Shown here: piece by piece, positions 15,224-26,672 of the stretch | Layout: the number at the start of each line of letters is the position of its first letter | Position numbering within the stretch: the first letter of the stretch is position 1 | Assembly: GCA_964016885.1 (NCBI GenBank) | Contig: OZ024742.1 | Span: forward strand, 242,110,001 to 242,174,000 | Source: Eledone cirrhosa | Lineage: Eukaryota | Reading direction: 5' to 3' | Length of the DNA: 64,000 bases | The notes under the pieces: model-generated | What the model was told of the DNA's origin: nothing | Databases searched by the model: none | The model's input: the letters and a program-made list of their open reading frames with translations, nothing else | Translations under genes and position numbers: made by a program

Positions 15224-15960
15224 TATATAAATACATAATTACTCCCATTATTAGTCTTCTGGGGTAATCGCTGGCCTTGTGCGAAAAGTAGAAACTATTA
15301 GTCTTTGTTAGTTATACCCCTTAATAGTTTGTTTTTCTTTACTATTGATTTAAAATACTGACCTCATAATTTTATTTTACTAATGCTAATAGATTAATTT
15401 ACTTTCTCACATTCGTTTTGCATATTCAGTTGTACCAGATAAATACGTAACTGACATTGCATTGGATATGCCACATTTGGACTCACACCAAGGTAATTTT
15501 TGTATTTTTCAACACTTCTCCTTAGATATTAACCTGCTACACAATACAACTTTTAATTATGTTCTTATATTTATACACACATTCTATATTAACAATCCAA
15601 CAAAGATTATTTTTTCTTGTTACTTTTCCCTGTTATCTTCGACACAAGATGTCATAACATAACTACTACTTTTAGCAATATATTTTCTTTAATACGTTTA
15701 AAGAATTTGTTGTTTCAAAATGAGCACGAAGATTGTATTTTTCGGCACAGAGACGTAAATACATTGCCTATGTTGCAAACTTCGTATATATTTCATTTAT
15801 GTTTTCCTGAATTAAAATATAGCCTGTACCTCGCATGTAAATTTCTGATTAAGCTCAAATTTATACAAATGGCTGCTATATTTTCACAAATACGAAATTT
15901 TGAACAATTCTTCAATGTACACAAACACAAACACTCACATCCCTCTCCATATCTCTATCA

Positions 15961-16028
<68 letters not shown>

Positions 16029-16088
16029 GACGTAAAATAAGAAACATTTTTTAAAAAATTAAAAATTAACTTACTTATTAAAATTTTC

Positions 16089-16170
16089 ACTCCAACTAAT
16101 TAGTTTCTGTAATGGGATAAAGATAGTTACGTAATATAACTATCGAGAATTCATTACGTCATCAGGGAGT
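16089..16170 (-). ncRNA. Type I minimal hammerhead ribozyme, copy 1
   Basis: ACTCC-CTGATGA-cGTAATG...CATTACa-GAAAC-TAATTA-GTT-GGAGT; palindromic stem III ACTAATTAGT; GUU cleavage triplet. Confidence 0.75.
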
Positions 16171-16632
16171 CTATTCTCAGCTAAGTCTCCAGGCAATTCG
16201 CGGACACTAGGGACTCATATAAAAATAATAATAATTCGGTGGATGGAACAGCTAGCGGGGACTGGATTCCATGCACTGAAAATGTTCGCTGTCTCTGGTC
16301 AAATGGCAGATTCTAAAGAATCAATCACGTGACACTGAGGCTAGTCGGAAGGAGTGGGTTGGTAAGATGACAAGAGCCTACTACCACACCAATGAATTAG
16401 TAGTGGATTTGGCAGTTTTGCTCAACAAATAAATAATTTGGAGATAAATATATAGAATTAGTATATCTACCAACATATGCGTACAGATGCACACTAATGC
16501 TAGCAGATACATAAGTTATGTCATAGTGCCTAGGTGGTTCAATGCAGGAGGATGCAGAACAATAATATGAAAGACGTAAAATAAGAAACATTTTTAACAA
16601 AATTAAAAATTAACTTACTTATTAAAATTTTC

Positions 16633-16714
16633 ACTCCAACTAATTAGTTTCTGTAATAGGATAAAGATAGTTACGTAATATAACCATCGAGAATTCATTA
16701 CGTCATCAGGAAGT
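16633..16714 (-). ncRNA. Type I minimal hammerhead ribozyme, copy 2
   Basis: Same fold as 16089-16170; the substitutions in stems I and II give G-U pairs. Confidence 0.7.
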
Positions 16715-16978
16715 CTATTCTCAGCTAAGTCTCCAGGCAATGCGCGGACACTAGGGACTCAAATAAAAATAATAATAATTCGGTGGATGGAACAGCTAGC
16801 GGGGACTGGATTCCATGCACTGAAAAAGTTCGCTGTCTCTGGTCAAATTCTTATTTTACGTCTTTCATAGTATTGTTCTGCATCCTCCTGCATTGAACCA
16901 CCTAGGTACTATGACATAACTTATGTATTTCATAGCATTAGTGTGCATCTGTACGCATATGTTGGTAGATATACTAAT

Positions 16979-17033
<55 letters not shown>

Positions 17034-17084
17034 GTATTAAGGTAGACATGGCCTGGGGCAGCACACAGGCCGAAACCACCAAAT

Positions 17085-17121
<37 letters not shown>

Positions 17122-17503
17122 TTAGTAAATGACCGATACATTTTTAAAAGCCTGTTCAATGCGGTAGAAAATACGGACGGCAGAATTTAGTAATTGAGAC
17201 AACACAAAATAAAGTTTCAGGGCTATTAACCTCTTTTTAAACCACCTAGATATATGCTAACGAATGCGCAATCTCCCAGTATTCAATTAACATGATTTCA
17301 TAAATCGTTAAATATATGCAACAGGTCTTACTTATTATTTATATATATTTTATTTATTCAGGAATTCTTGAAGAATTTGCTTGCACAAAACCTTTCGGTC
17401 AGGGTAAGAATCCAGTTTACATTATACATACTATGAATACCTACTCAAATCCATATATACTCACTATTATATATATATATATATAATAGTGAGTATATAT
17501 GCA

Positions 17504-17684
17504 CGGTGGATTGGCAGTATCGGTAGAGGGTCGGACGCCATGCTTTCCAGCATAGTTACGTCCCTTTACGATCTGAGTTCAAATCCCGCCGAGGTTGACT
17601 TTGCCTTTCATCCTTACGGGGTCGATAAAATAAAGTACCAGTAATACACTGGGTAATTGCTGGCCCTGTGCCTAACGTAGAAAC

Positions 17685-17690
<6 letters not shown>
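17504..17690 (+). mobile_element. Octopus-type tRNA SINE, full length
   Basis: Matches the family consensus end to end. Confidence 0.9.
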
Positions 17691-17737
<47 letters not shown>

Positions 17738-17739
17738 CA

Positions 17740-17830
17740 TTAAAACAATGAAATAAAAAATCAAGTCATTAGAAATAGATTTCAGTGAAGTATATTTCTA
17801 ATGACTTGATTTTTTATTTCATTGTTTTAA
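17740..17830. repeat. Near-perfect ~40-bp-arm hairpin
   Basis: TTAAAACAATGAAATAAAAAATCAAGTCATTAGAAATA ... TATTTCTAATGACTTGATTTTTTATTTCATTGTTTTAA. Confidence 0.85.
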
Positions 17831-17962
17831 CATATATCAGGATTCTGTTTTCCTTTTAATGTTTTATTGTTTTCCGGGATTTATTTTAAGCTACAACATT
17901 TTCAACATACGGATTACATTGAGTTCTTCATGCAGACTAGACCCCACAACTTACCGTGGATA

Positions 17963-17996
<34 letters not shown>

Positions 17997-17999
<3 letters not shown>

Positions 18000-18563
18000 G
18001 AAAAGCAAGGGGAAGAAGAATACTGCATGGTTGCGCATGGATTACATATTATAAAATTAGTCCCTCATCAGTGATTTTGCCAACCATCATTGGTATTTCA
18101 TCGCATTAAAAATCAGATACCTCAGGTTGGTGCGAGCAATAACTAAAATAAACTATTGGGACAAGTGAAACGCGTAAAGCGAGTGAGACAAGTAAACCAA
18201 CAGAAGGAAAAGCAAAGCGAAGGTTGGAAAACAGCAAGCCACATGGTAGTTATCCGATCAGCATAAGCTGGGTGAATTTTATAGCGGTCAGAGAAGTAGA
18301 CCGTACGCTGTGAATGCGGTGTGAGAAAGAAGGAACCCCACTACTAGCGAACGGGAGGAAGTGAGAAGGGGAGAAACAGAGAGTGAGTGAGTGGAAGTGC
18401 GAGGAAGAGGTCAATCGAGAGAAAAAGTGTAACTGACAAAGAGGGTGAAAGAAGGTAAGAGAAACAGAGAGAACGGAAGAGCAGTAAGAGAGAAAGAGAG
18501 AAACAGATAATCGCAGTTTAGGTAAATATATATGAAAAACAAGGGGAAGAAGAATACTGCATG
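17997..18563. mobile_element. Element with short terminal direct repeat (offset 534); related inverted copy at 24775-24890
   Basis: TATGAAAA(G/A)CAAGGGGAAGAAGAATACTGCATG at ~17997 and ~18531; CTGATGA on the minus strand at ~18065-18071. Confidence 0.5.
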
Positions 18564-18575
18564 AGAGAGAGAATT

Positions 18576-18912
18576 AGGAAATACAAAGTTTAGATGCTAA
18601 AGTCCTTTATTGATAAGGCTGTGATACATACTTCGATGACGATATTGCCTACGCAATTCAGCGTAGAAGCCGCTGCTATGCCCTCATCAGATAGCGTCTT
18701 ACATAATAAAGTTACAATCAAGGAGGTAATCCAAAATTGAAGTGACAAGAGAACGGACAAACAGCGCTGTTCATTAATCGAATGTCCCTTCCCCTGTCTG
18801 ACGAGAGCATGGCAGTGGCTTCTACGCTGAATTGTATAATCAATGTCGTCCTCGAAATATGTATCACAGCCTTATCAATAAAGGACTTTATCGTCTAAAC
18901 TTTGTATTTCCT
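18576..18912. mobile_element. Inverted pLTR pair (18576-18694 / 18794-18912), each arm carrying an HHR and AATAAA
   Basis: Arms are reverse complements of each other with ~100-bp spacer. Confidence 0.75.
18794..18869 (+). ncRNA. Type I minimal hammerhead ribozyme
   Basis: CTGT-CTGACGA-GAG...CTC-GAAA-TATGT-ATC-ACAG, followed by AATAAA at 18877. Confidence 0.75.
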
Positions 18913-18999
18913 TATTCTATAAATACTCCTTCACACGTGTGTGGAAACTGCACGTTGAGTTCTTGTATTGAATTACATCAATATTTGTACAATACATTC

Positions 19000-19040
<41 letters not shown>

Positions 19041-19155
19041 TGTGTATATATATATAATATGTATGTATATATATATATATATAAAGAAAAAGAGATGAAA
19101 TCGAAAATGCAACTGGAGTCTTATTTAAAAAAAATATATATATATTTATTTGGTT

Positions 19156-19193
19156 CCTTTACCGGTTTCGCAGTTCTTCTGCTTTTCAAAAGG
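19156..19193 (-). ncRNA. Minimal hammerhead ribozyme, U3-A8 variant
   Basis: CCTT-TTGAAAA-GCAG aagaa CTGC-GAAAC-CG-GTA-AAGG; stem III palindrome ACCGGT. Confidence 0.75.
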
Positions 19194-19569
19194 TGAGTTG
19201 AGATGGAGGGTCTGTGGTTTTTCTCACATCTGGTTGGTCTCTGAATGTTACTTGTTTTATATGGAAAAAGTGGCTCGAAATGCCAGGTTTTTCGAGAAGT
19301 AATTTGATTGGTTTATCAATAATTATAATAAATTTCGCGCCAGTTCGCGTTACAATAGTTCTTCAAATAAGAGGGGGGGGTCACAGGTTGTTTTTTCATA
19401 TATGAGTGTTTGAATTTCTTATTACTTGAAAAAAGGAGGCTCACGGAGGCTTTTTTTTGGTTGGTTATAAATGAAATTATGGCTGAACAAATTTTCATTA
19501 AATTTTTGTGCCCTTATTTGGAAATCCATTCTGTAGCCTTTTTAGAGAATTTTTTGATAAGTGAAAGAT

Positions 19570-19660
19570 AATTGTTTCTACTTTAGGCACAAGGCCAGCA
19601 ATTACCCAGTGTATTACTGGTACTTTATTTTATCGACCCTGTAAGGATGAAAGGCAAAGT
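19570..19660 (-). mobile_element. 5'-truncated tRNA SINE inserted in the left arm only, with 14-bp TSD
   Basis: AAGTGAAAGATAAT at 19559-19572 and 19657-19670; empty site in the right arm at ~21928-21941. Confidence 0.85.
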
Positions 19661-20595
19661 GAAAGATAATGGTCAAGAGAAAGGGATGGTAGAATTGTTC
19701 TGGTTCAGTGAATATGGTTAGTTTGCTGGGGTGTCAGAATTCAGATTTTCTATTGAATAAAGAAAGTAAAGATATATGTGTTTATTTGTGTGTGCGTGTG
19801 TGTGTGTGTGTTTGTTTGAATTTCTTTACTTTAAAAAAAGGTGGCTCACGAAGGCTTATTTTTAATAAACGTGATTTGATTGGTTATAAATGAAATTTGG
19901 CTGTCACGTGAACAAGTTTTCATTACATTTTTGCGCCCTTATTTGGAAAACTATTCTGTAGTCTTTATAGTGAATGTTATGACAATGGAAAGATAGTGGT
20001 CAAGAGAAAAGGGATTGGGAGAATTGTTCTGGTTCAGTGAATATGGTTAGTTCGCTGGGGTGTCAGAGTTCAGATTTTCTATTGAAGTGAAGATATGTAT
20101 GTTTATTTGTGTGCTTGTGTGTGTGTATGTGTGTATTGGAAGATGATTCTATTACTAGAAATGGGGGAGGGAGTTGTGTGTGTGTGTATATGGGTGTTAT
20201 GTGTGTGTGTGCGAGTATGTTAATATGGAGAGAATATATATTTTGTGTGTGTGTATATATATGTGTAGGAAAGTGGTTCTATTAGTAGAAATGGGGAGGG
20301 AGTTGTGGGTGTGGGGGTTGTTATGTGTGTGTATGGGTGTTATGTGTGTGGGAGTATGGTTAGCATGTTAAGATGAAGAGAATATATATATATATATTGT
20401 GTGTGTGTGTATGTGTGTGTGTAGGAAAGTGATTCCTTTAGTAGGAATATTTTGAATGAACATATTTTCCTTACTTATTCGTGTTTGCTGTTGTATTGTC
20501 AGTGCAAACGTATGTTAAGGTTTATTTAGTTCGGGTTTTTATTTTCTAAAGTAGAAGGTGTTATGTGTGTGTGTGTATGTTAAATCAGGACAAAA

Positions 20596-20946
20596 GTGTG
20601 TGTGTATGTTAAATCAGGACAAAATTTTACTGTAAAAAATCACTTCACTTGCTCATCAAAAAATCTAATTTATGCCATTAAATGTAAAGAATGCAATGAA
20701 GATTATATAGGACAAACTAAACTCACACTCAGAAACAGAATGACAGTTCATCGCCAACAATTACGAGATCCAACCGCGAGACAGATACCACTAAGTGCAC
20801 ATCTAGACATTTGTGCAAGTAATAAGACACCCAAATTCCAAGTCTTCCCATTTTACCTTTGCGCTAACAATACAACAGAACAAATGCGAATAAATAAGGA
20901 AAATATGTTTATTCAAAAATATAGACCAAGATTTAATAAGGTTTAA
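20596..20946 (+). pseudogene. GIY-YIG endonuclease domain of a Penelope-like element (5'-truncated; open frame to the stop)
   Basis: FTCSSKNLIYAIKCKECNEDYIGQTKLTLRNRMTVHRQQ...HLDIC...RINKENMFIQKYRPRFN: LIY/YIG motifs with CxxC and His residues as in PLE endonucleases. Confidence 0.9.
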
Positions 20947-21755
20947 TATACATTATGTCAACACCATAATATGACATACACACACACACATAACACCTTC
21001 TACTTTAGAAAATAAAAACCCGAACTAAATAAACCTTAACATACGTTTGCACTGACAATACAACAGCAAACACGAATAAGTAAGGAAAATATGTTCATTC
21101 AAAAATATTCCTACTAAAGGAATCACTTTCCTACACACACACATACACACACACACAATATATATATATATATATATATTCTCTTCATCTTAACATGCTA
21201 ACCATACTCCCACACACATAACACCCATACACACACATAACAACCCCCACACCCACAACTCCCTCCCCATTTCTACTAATAGAACCACTTTCCTACACAT
21301 ATATATACACACACACAAAATATATATTCTCTCCATCTTAACATACTCGCACACACACACACAACACCCATAAACACACACACACAACTCCCTCCCCCAT
21401 TTCTAGTAATAGAATCATCTTCCAATACACACATACACACACACACATACACACACACAAGCACACAAATAAACATAAATATCTTCACTTCAATAGAAAA
21501 TCTGAACTCTGACACCCCAGCGAACTAACCATATTCACTGAACCAGAACAATTCTCCCAATCCCTTTTCTCTTGACCACTATCTTTCCATTGTCATAACA
21601 TTCACTATAAAGACTACAGAATAGTTTTCCAAATAAGGGCGCAAAAATGTAATGAAAACTTGTTCACGTGACAGTCAAATTTCATTTATAACCAATCAAA
21701 TCACGTTTATTAAAAAAAGCCTTCGTGAGCCACCTTTTTTTAAAGTAAAGAAATT

Positions 21756-21793
<38 letters not shown>

Positions 21794-22311
21794 CACACAC
21801 ACAAGCACACAAATAAACACATATATCTTTACTTTCTTTATTCAATAGAAAATCTGAATTCTGACACCCCAGCGAACTAACCATATTCACTGAACCAGAA
21901 CAATTCTCCCATCCCTTTCTCTTGACCATTATCTTTCACTTATCAAAAAATTCTCTAAAAAGGCTACAGAATGGATTTCCAAATAAGGGCACAAAAATTT
22001 AATGAAAATTTGTTCAGCCATAATTTCATTTATAACCAACCAAAAAAAAGCGTTCGTGAGCCTCCTTTTTTCAAGTAATAAGAAATTCAAACACTCATAT
22101 ATGAAAAAAACAACCTGTGACAACCACCCCCCTCTTATTTGAAGAACTATTGTAACGCGAACTGGCGCGAAATTTATTATAATTATTGACAAACCAATCA
22201 AATTACTTCTCGAAAAACCTGGCATTTCGAGCCACTTTTTCCATATAAAACAAGTAACATTCAGAGACCAACCAGATATGAGAAAAACCACAGACCCTCC
22301 GTCTCAACTCA

Positions 22312-22349
22312 CCTTTTGAAAAGCAGAAGAACTGCGAAACCGGTTAAGG
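22312..22349 (+). ncRNA. Minimal hammerhead ribozyme, U3-A8 variant
   Basis: CCTT-TTGAAAA-GCAG aagaa CTGC-GAAAC-CG-GTT-AAGG, followed by AATAAA. Confidence 0.75.
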
Positions 22350-22478
22350 AACCAAATAAATATATATATTTTTAAAGAAATAAGACTCCAGTTGCATTTC
22401 GATTTCATCTCTTTTTCTTTATACTTTCACTCGTGTAGGACACCTCGGTTATTTTTCATTTTGTAAAAAAAACCTCAC

Positions 22479-22519
<41 letters not shown>

Positions 22520-22683
22520 GAAGTTCTATTTAAATTATTGGGATACAACAAGCAAACATTTGTATAACTGATATAAAGCACTCAATAAATAATTGGAGTA
22601 AAAACTATCCGGGAGCTTCCAACAGTAATGGTTGCATTCTTTAAGGGTATGTCAATATTTATTTATAAAACTGCTCTATATTA

Positions 22684-22748
22684 TATTTTATCTGATGAAA
22701 GCACACCATAATTTAACTTGGTGTCCTTGAAATATGTATAATGAAATA
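22684..22748 (+). ncRNA. Type I minimal hammerhead ribozyme
   Basis: TATTTTAT-CTGATGA-AAGcACACC...GGTGTcCTT-GAAA-TATGT-ATA-ATGAAATA; AATAAA overlaps the 3' end. Confidence 0.7.
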
Positions 22749-22816
22749 AATATGGTTTTATAAATATAGTTTCCATTTGTTAATATCGTATATATATATA
22801 TATGTGTGTGTGTGTG

Positions 22817-22848
<32 letters not shown>

Positions 22849-22866
22849 CATTTATATATAATATAT

Positions 22867-23054
22867 AATTGTTTCTACTTTAGACACAAGGGCAGCAATT
22901 ACCCAATGTATTACTGGTACTTTATTTTATCGACTCCGTAAGGATGAAAGGCAAAGTCAACCTTGGCAGGATTTGAACTCAGATCGTAAAGGGACGTAAC
23001 TATGCTGGAAAGCATGGCGTCCGACCCTCTACTGATACTGCCACTCCACCGCCC
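22867..23054 (-). mobile_element. Octopus-type tRNA SINE, full length
   Basis: Reverse complement of the family consensus. Confidence 0.9.
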
Positions 23055-24055
23055 TATGATATATAATATATTTTCTTATTTGTTATGTGTCACTTGAACA
23101 ACATTTCTGCTATATTTATATGTATAATTAATCATGGGGAATACACATACCTTATCCGGACTTGTGCTTCGGAGGTGAGCTTTCTACGTGCCAATCCCAT
23201 AATCATTCCTAACCGAAGCGGGTCTTTAGCCCTACCAATATAGTCGAATGCCGGGGGAAATATTTTTTATTTGAAAGGAAACATATAAAAGAATTCGACT
23301 AGAAAAATTATTGCATTGAGATAGAGAAAATGAAAACTATATTATAGTGGAAAATATACATGCATGGCGTCATAAATAATCATCATCGTCTATGGTTTCA
23401 TTAAAGATTTAGTCCTCTGTAGATACAACAATCTTTTCATTTAATATACAATACAAACATAGTCCATGCTAAGTGTATATGTGTTGTTCTATGGCAAATA
23501 ATGGTCCACATGACAGGTGCAATGTGTTCGAACACGGAAGAGCCGAACTCCTACTGTCATCGCTTCTATATCTCTCGCCCTCCCCATCTCTCTGTGTTGT
23601 GAGCAAATGGGGTCCCACATGCTGGCCACCCCACAGCCTCTGCGGACAGAAATGAGAAGCCGTTTTCCCGGAGGGCAGCAAGGGAGATGCGCCTGAAGAG
23701 CCATTCCATCCCACGATTGCTTATCACAAAGTCATTGTTTGTTATCACTTTTAGTACGTCTGAAGATGTACAATAGACGATGATATTTTGTGTTAAATAT
23801 ATTTTTCCCTTTATTTACTATATTGTTATAAGCATTAGTCAAATAATTTCCATTGGAATATTTTAAAGTAATTAATTGAATTAAGAAACCTATTCCAACA
23901 TTTAAATGTTTTGTATATGCTCTGTGTTATTATTTGTCATTTATTTAACTTTTACTTGAACAAAATCTATTATATATTTTTATCTATAATGATATAAACG
24001 CGTTCAGCTTCTAAATATTATTAATTGGCAATATTTATTCTCTTTGTTTAACTCC

Positions 24056-24138
<83 letters not shown>

Positions 24139-24361
24139 TGTGTGTGTGTGTGTTTGTGTGTGAATGTATATATATATGTGTGTATGTGTCTGTGTGTGTG
24201 TGTGTGTATGTGTGTATATGTGAGTGTGTGTTTGTGTGTGAGTGTATATATATATATATGTGTGTGTGTGTGTATTGGAGTACAAACATGGTCAAAATAG
24301 GGTACTACCATCACCACCACCACCAATATTAATGATAATAATACCAAGGTTTTATTATAAT

Positions 24362-24543
24362 AATTGTTTCTACTTTTGGCACAAGGCCAGCAATTAACCA
24401 GTACATTACTGGTACTTTATTTTATCGACCCCGTAAGGATGAAAGGCAAAGTTAACCTCGGCGGGATTTGAACTCAGTCCGTAAAGGGACGTAACTCTAT
24501 GGTGCAAATCATGGCGTCCGACCCTCTATGGATACTGCCAATC
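24362..24543 (-). mobile_element. Octopus-type tRNA SINE
   Basis: Reverse complement of the family consensus. Confidence 0.9.
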
Positions 24544-24696
24544 AATACCAGTCCATAGGATGAGTAATGTATCTTATCACTATTATTTTTATTATCATTA
24601 ATATTATTATTATGACGGGTTAGAAAAAAGCTACCCAACGAAACTTAAGTACCTGTATATGCCAATGGACCAACTGGTTATATCTATCTATCTATA

Positions 24697-24771
<75 letters not shown>

Positions 24772-24886
24772 TATTTTTAATGCGATGAAATACCAATGAT
24801 GGTTGGAAAATCACTGGCGAAGGACTATTTTTATCATATGTAACACATGTGCAACCACGCAGTATTCTTCTTTCTTCTCATGTTTT

Positions 24887-24917
<31 letters not shown>

Positions 24918-24987
24918 AATCAAGGTTTAGCAAATAAGAAAAAGTTTTAAAATACATTTTAAAAAGTTCACTGTACCTGCTGTAGTT

Positions 24988-25072
24988 ACCCTTACCGTAC
25001 AGTTTCAAGTCTCAAAATAAATGGATAATCCATGCGGAAATCCATTGAAAAGATAGACTTTCGTCAGAGGGT
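24988..25072 (-). ncRNA. Type I minimal hammerhead ribozyme
   Basis: ACCCT-CTGACGA-AAGTCT...AGACTT-GAAAC-TGTACG-GTA-AGGGT. Confidence 0.8.
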
Positions 25073-25472
25073 TCTTTTCGCTCGGAGAATATAAAATTCC
25101 CGAGTTCAAATCACGAACTGGCGCCATACAAAACTGTTCCCGAGATGAGAGTGTATGATGAAGAAACAATTCTGTCTATTGCCGTGTGTAAAGATAGAAG
25201 GCAGAGGCGGAAAGGTCAATCTACTGCCATTAGAAATAGCAGCAGTTAAAACGACCAAAATGTTATCTCGACCAGGGGAGATTAATAATAATAAAGTATG
25301 TCTCCCTACATGCAAAATGCATATAGGGACACACGTATTATCCAACCGTATGCCAATGTGGTTCTATGGTAGGTTAATAAATTAACGAGCCAGAACATAT
25401 ATAAGCAAGGTTTATCAAATAAGAAAAAGTTTTAAAATAAATTTTAAAAAGTTCACTGTACCTGCTGTAATT

Positions 25473-25554
25473 ACCCTTACCGTACGGTTTCAAGTCTCAA
25501 AATAAATGGATAATCCATGCGGAAATCCATTGAAAAGAAAGACTTTCGTCAGAG
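25473..25554 (-). ncRNA. Type I minimal hammerhead ribozyme (5' strand of stem I truncated)
   Basis: CT-CTGACGA-AAGTCT...AGACTT-GAAAC-CGTACG-GTA-AGGGT; perfect palindromic stem III ACCGTACGGT. Confidence 0.7.
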
Positions 25555-26601
25555 TATATTATATATGATGATATTAAATTTAAGCTATGTATTACTGCTA
25601 AAACAGAAATTATAAGCGTCTTGATCTCCGTTGCTCGAAGTTAAACATTTATTAAAACGAAACGATATATACTATCTATATATTCCTCTTCATTTTCTCA
25701 TATAGATAAAGCGGAGAAAAATGCCTATATTGGCAGGATATATATGAAAAACGATTTGAATGGCGGATTACTATGTCTGTTTTGCTGTATGCGTATATTT
25801 ACAATTTACACTTCAAATTTATCGTTTTCAATCATTGCTGCATTAAGATGGTTTTTAGTGGTCAATTTATTCTTAATTGATGGTAGGCAAAGTTTTGCAC
25901 ATTTAAAAAAAATTTGTTGTTGTTGTTGTTGTTGTTTTTGTCGTTGTTTTATATCAAACTTAAGATGCGCAAGAAGAAGAAATGTTGTGTTTTGATGATT
26001 TTGCTTTTACTACATTCACGATTGACGTAATATGATAGATACGATTCCACGCACAGCTCACTTAAATTTAATCAAGAAGCGCGTATATGAAATAAAAGCA
26101 AATGTTCACTATCTGACAGATTCCTATACGAAGGAAGATGGATGACCTAATTAGCTACTTGCAGTCAGGTGAATATAGAAAAAATGTAAAGAAAAGAAAA
26201 ATAAGGGAAGTAAATGCAGTTTCTACACTTAGATGTCTTCTCCTCAAGAATAGTTCGCAGATGTTAGTACGATAATATTAATCAAATTTTTTTCTCCAAA
26301 AATAAAAGACCGAACAATAAATCGTCTGGTGGAGACAGCTTCTTTCAACCAAACAAAGCAATGCAGACATGCAAGCATACACACGCTTATAATATAAATG
26401 TTACGATGTTATTTTATGTTAACTCCACAAAGGCTATTTCGACTAGGTGATGTATCTAATGAATTTAATCGATCTTTGTGTATTACTGGTACTTTATCGA
26501 CCGTGAGTATCGAACAACCAATTCCGATCCAATGCAATTTGACGTCTAAATATTAAATGCGATTATTTACGTAATGCAATTCGGCAAATATGTGATCGTT
26601 T

Positions 26602-26667
<66 letters not shown>

Positions 26668-26672
<5 letters not shown>

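Larger units (their letters stand above)
16022..16982 (-). mobile_element. Retrozyme-like non-autonomous element: 544-bp direct-repeat unit with two HHRs plus an inverted tail, flanked by (TA)n
   Basis: Direct repeats 16022-16304 / 16566-16848 (offset 544); 16848-16982 is the reverse complement of 16455-16587; no credible ORF. Confidence 0.75.
19081..22423 (+). mobile_element. Fold-back Penelope-like element: ~1.45-1.5-kb inverted arms around a GIY-YIG endonuclease fragment
   Basis: Arms 19081-20581 / 20974-22423 are near-identical reverse complements; (TA)n on both flanks; an HHR near each outer end. Confidence 0.9.
24921..25554 (-). mobile_element. Retrozyme-like element: ~149-bp direct repeats (offset 485), each containing an HHR, flanked by TA repeats
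   Basis: 24921-25069 resembles 25406-25554; ~335-bp unique spacer. Confidence 0.8.

Noticed and set aside
23370-23790. Host exon or PLE fold-back (GC-richer island with weak inverted ends and CTGAAGA)
   Set aside because: No recognisable protein motif or splice pair; HHR fold incomplete
25155-25385. 76-aa ORF in the spacer of the 485-nt unit as a GIY-YIG remnant (CLPTCKMHIGT...LSNRM)
   Set aside because: Resemblance is weak and it lies on the strand opposite the HHRs; needs a profile search
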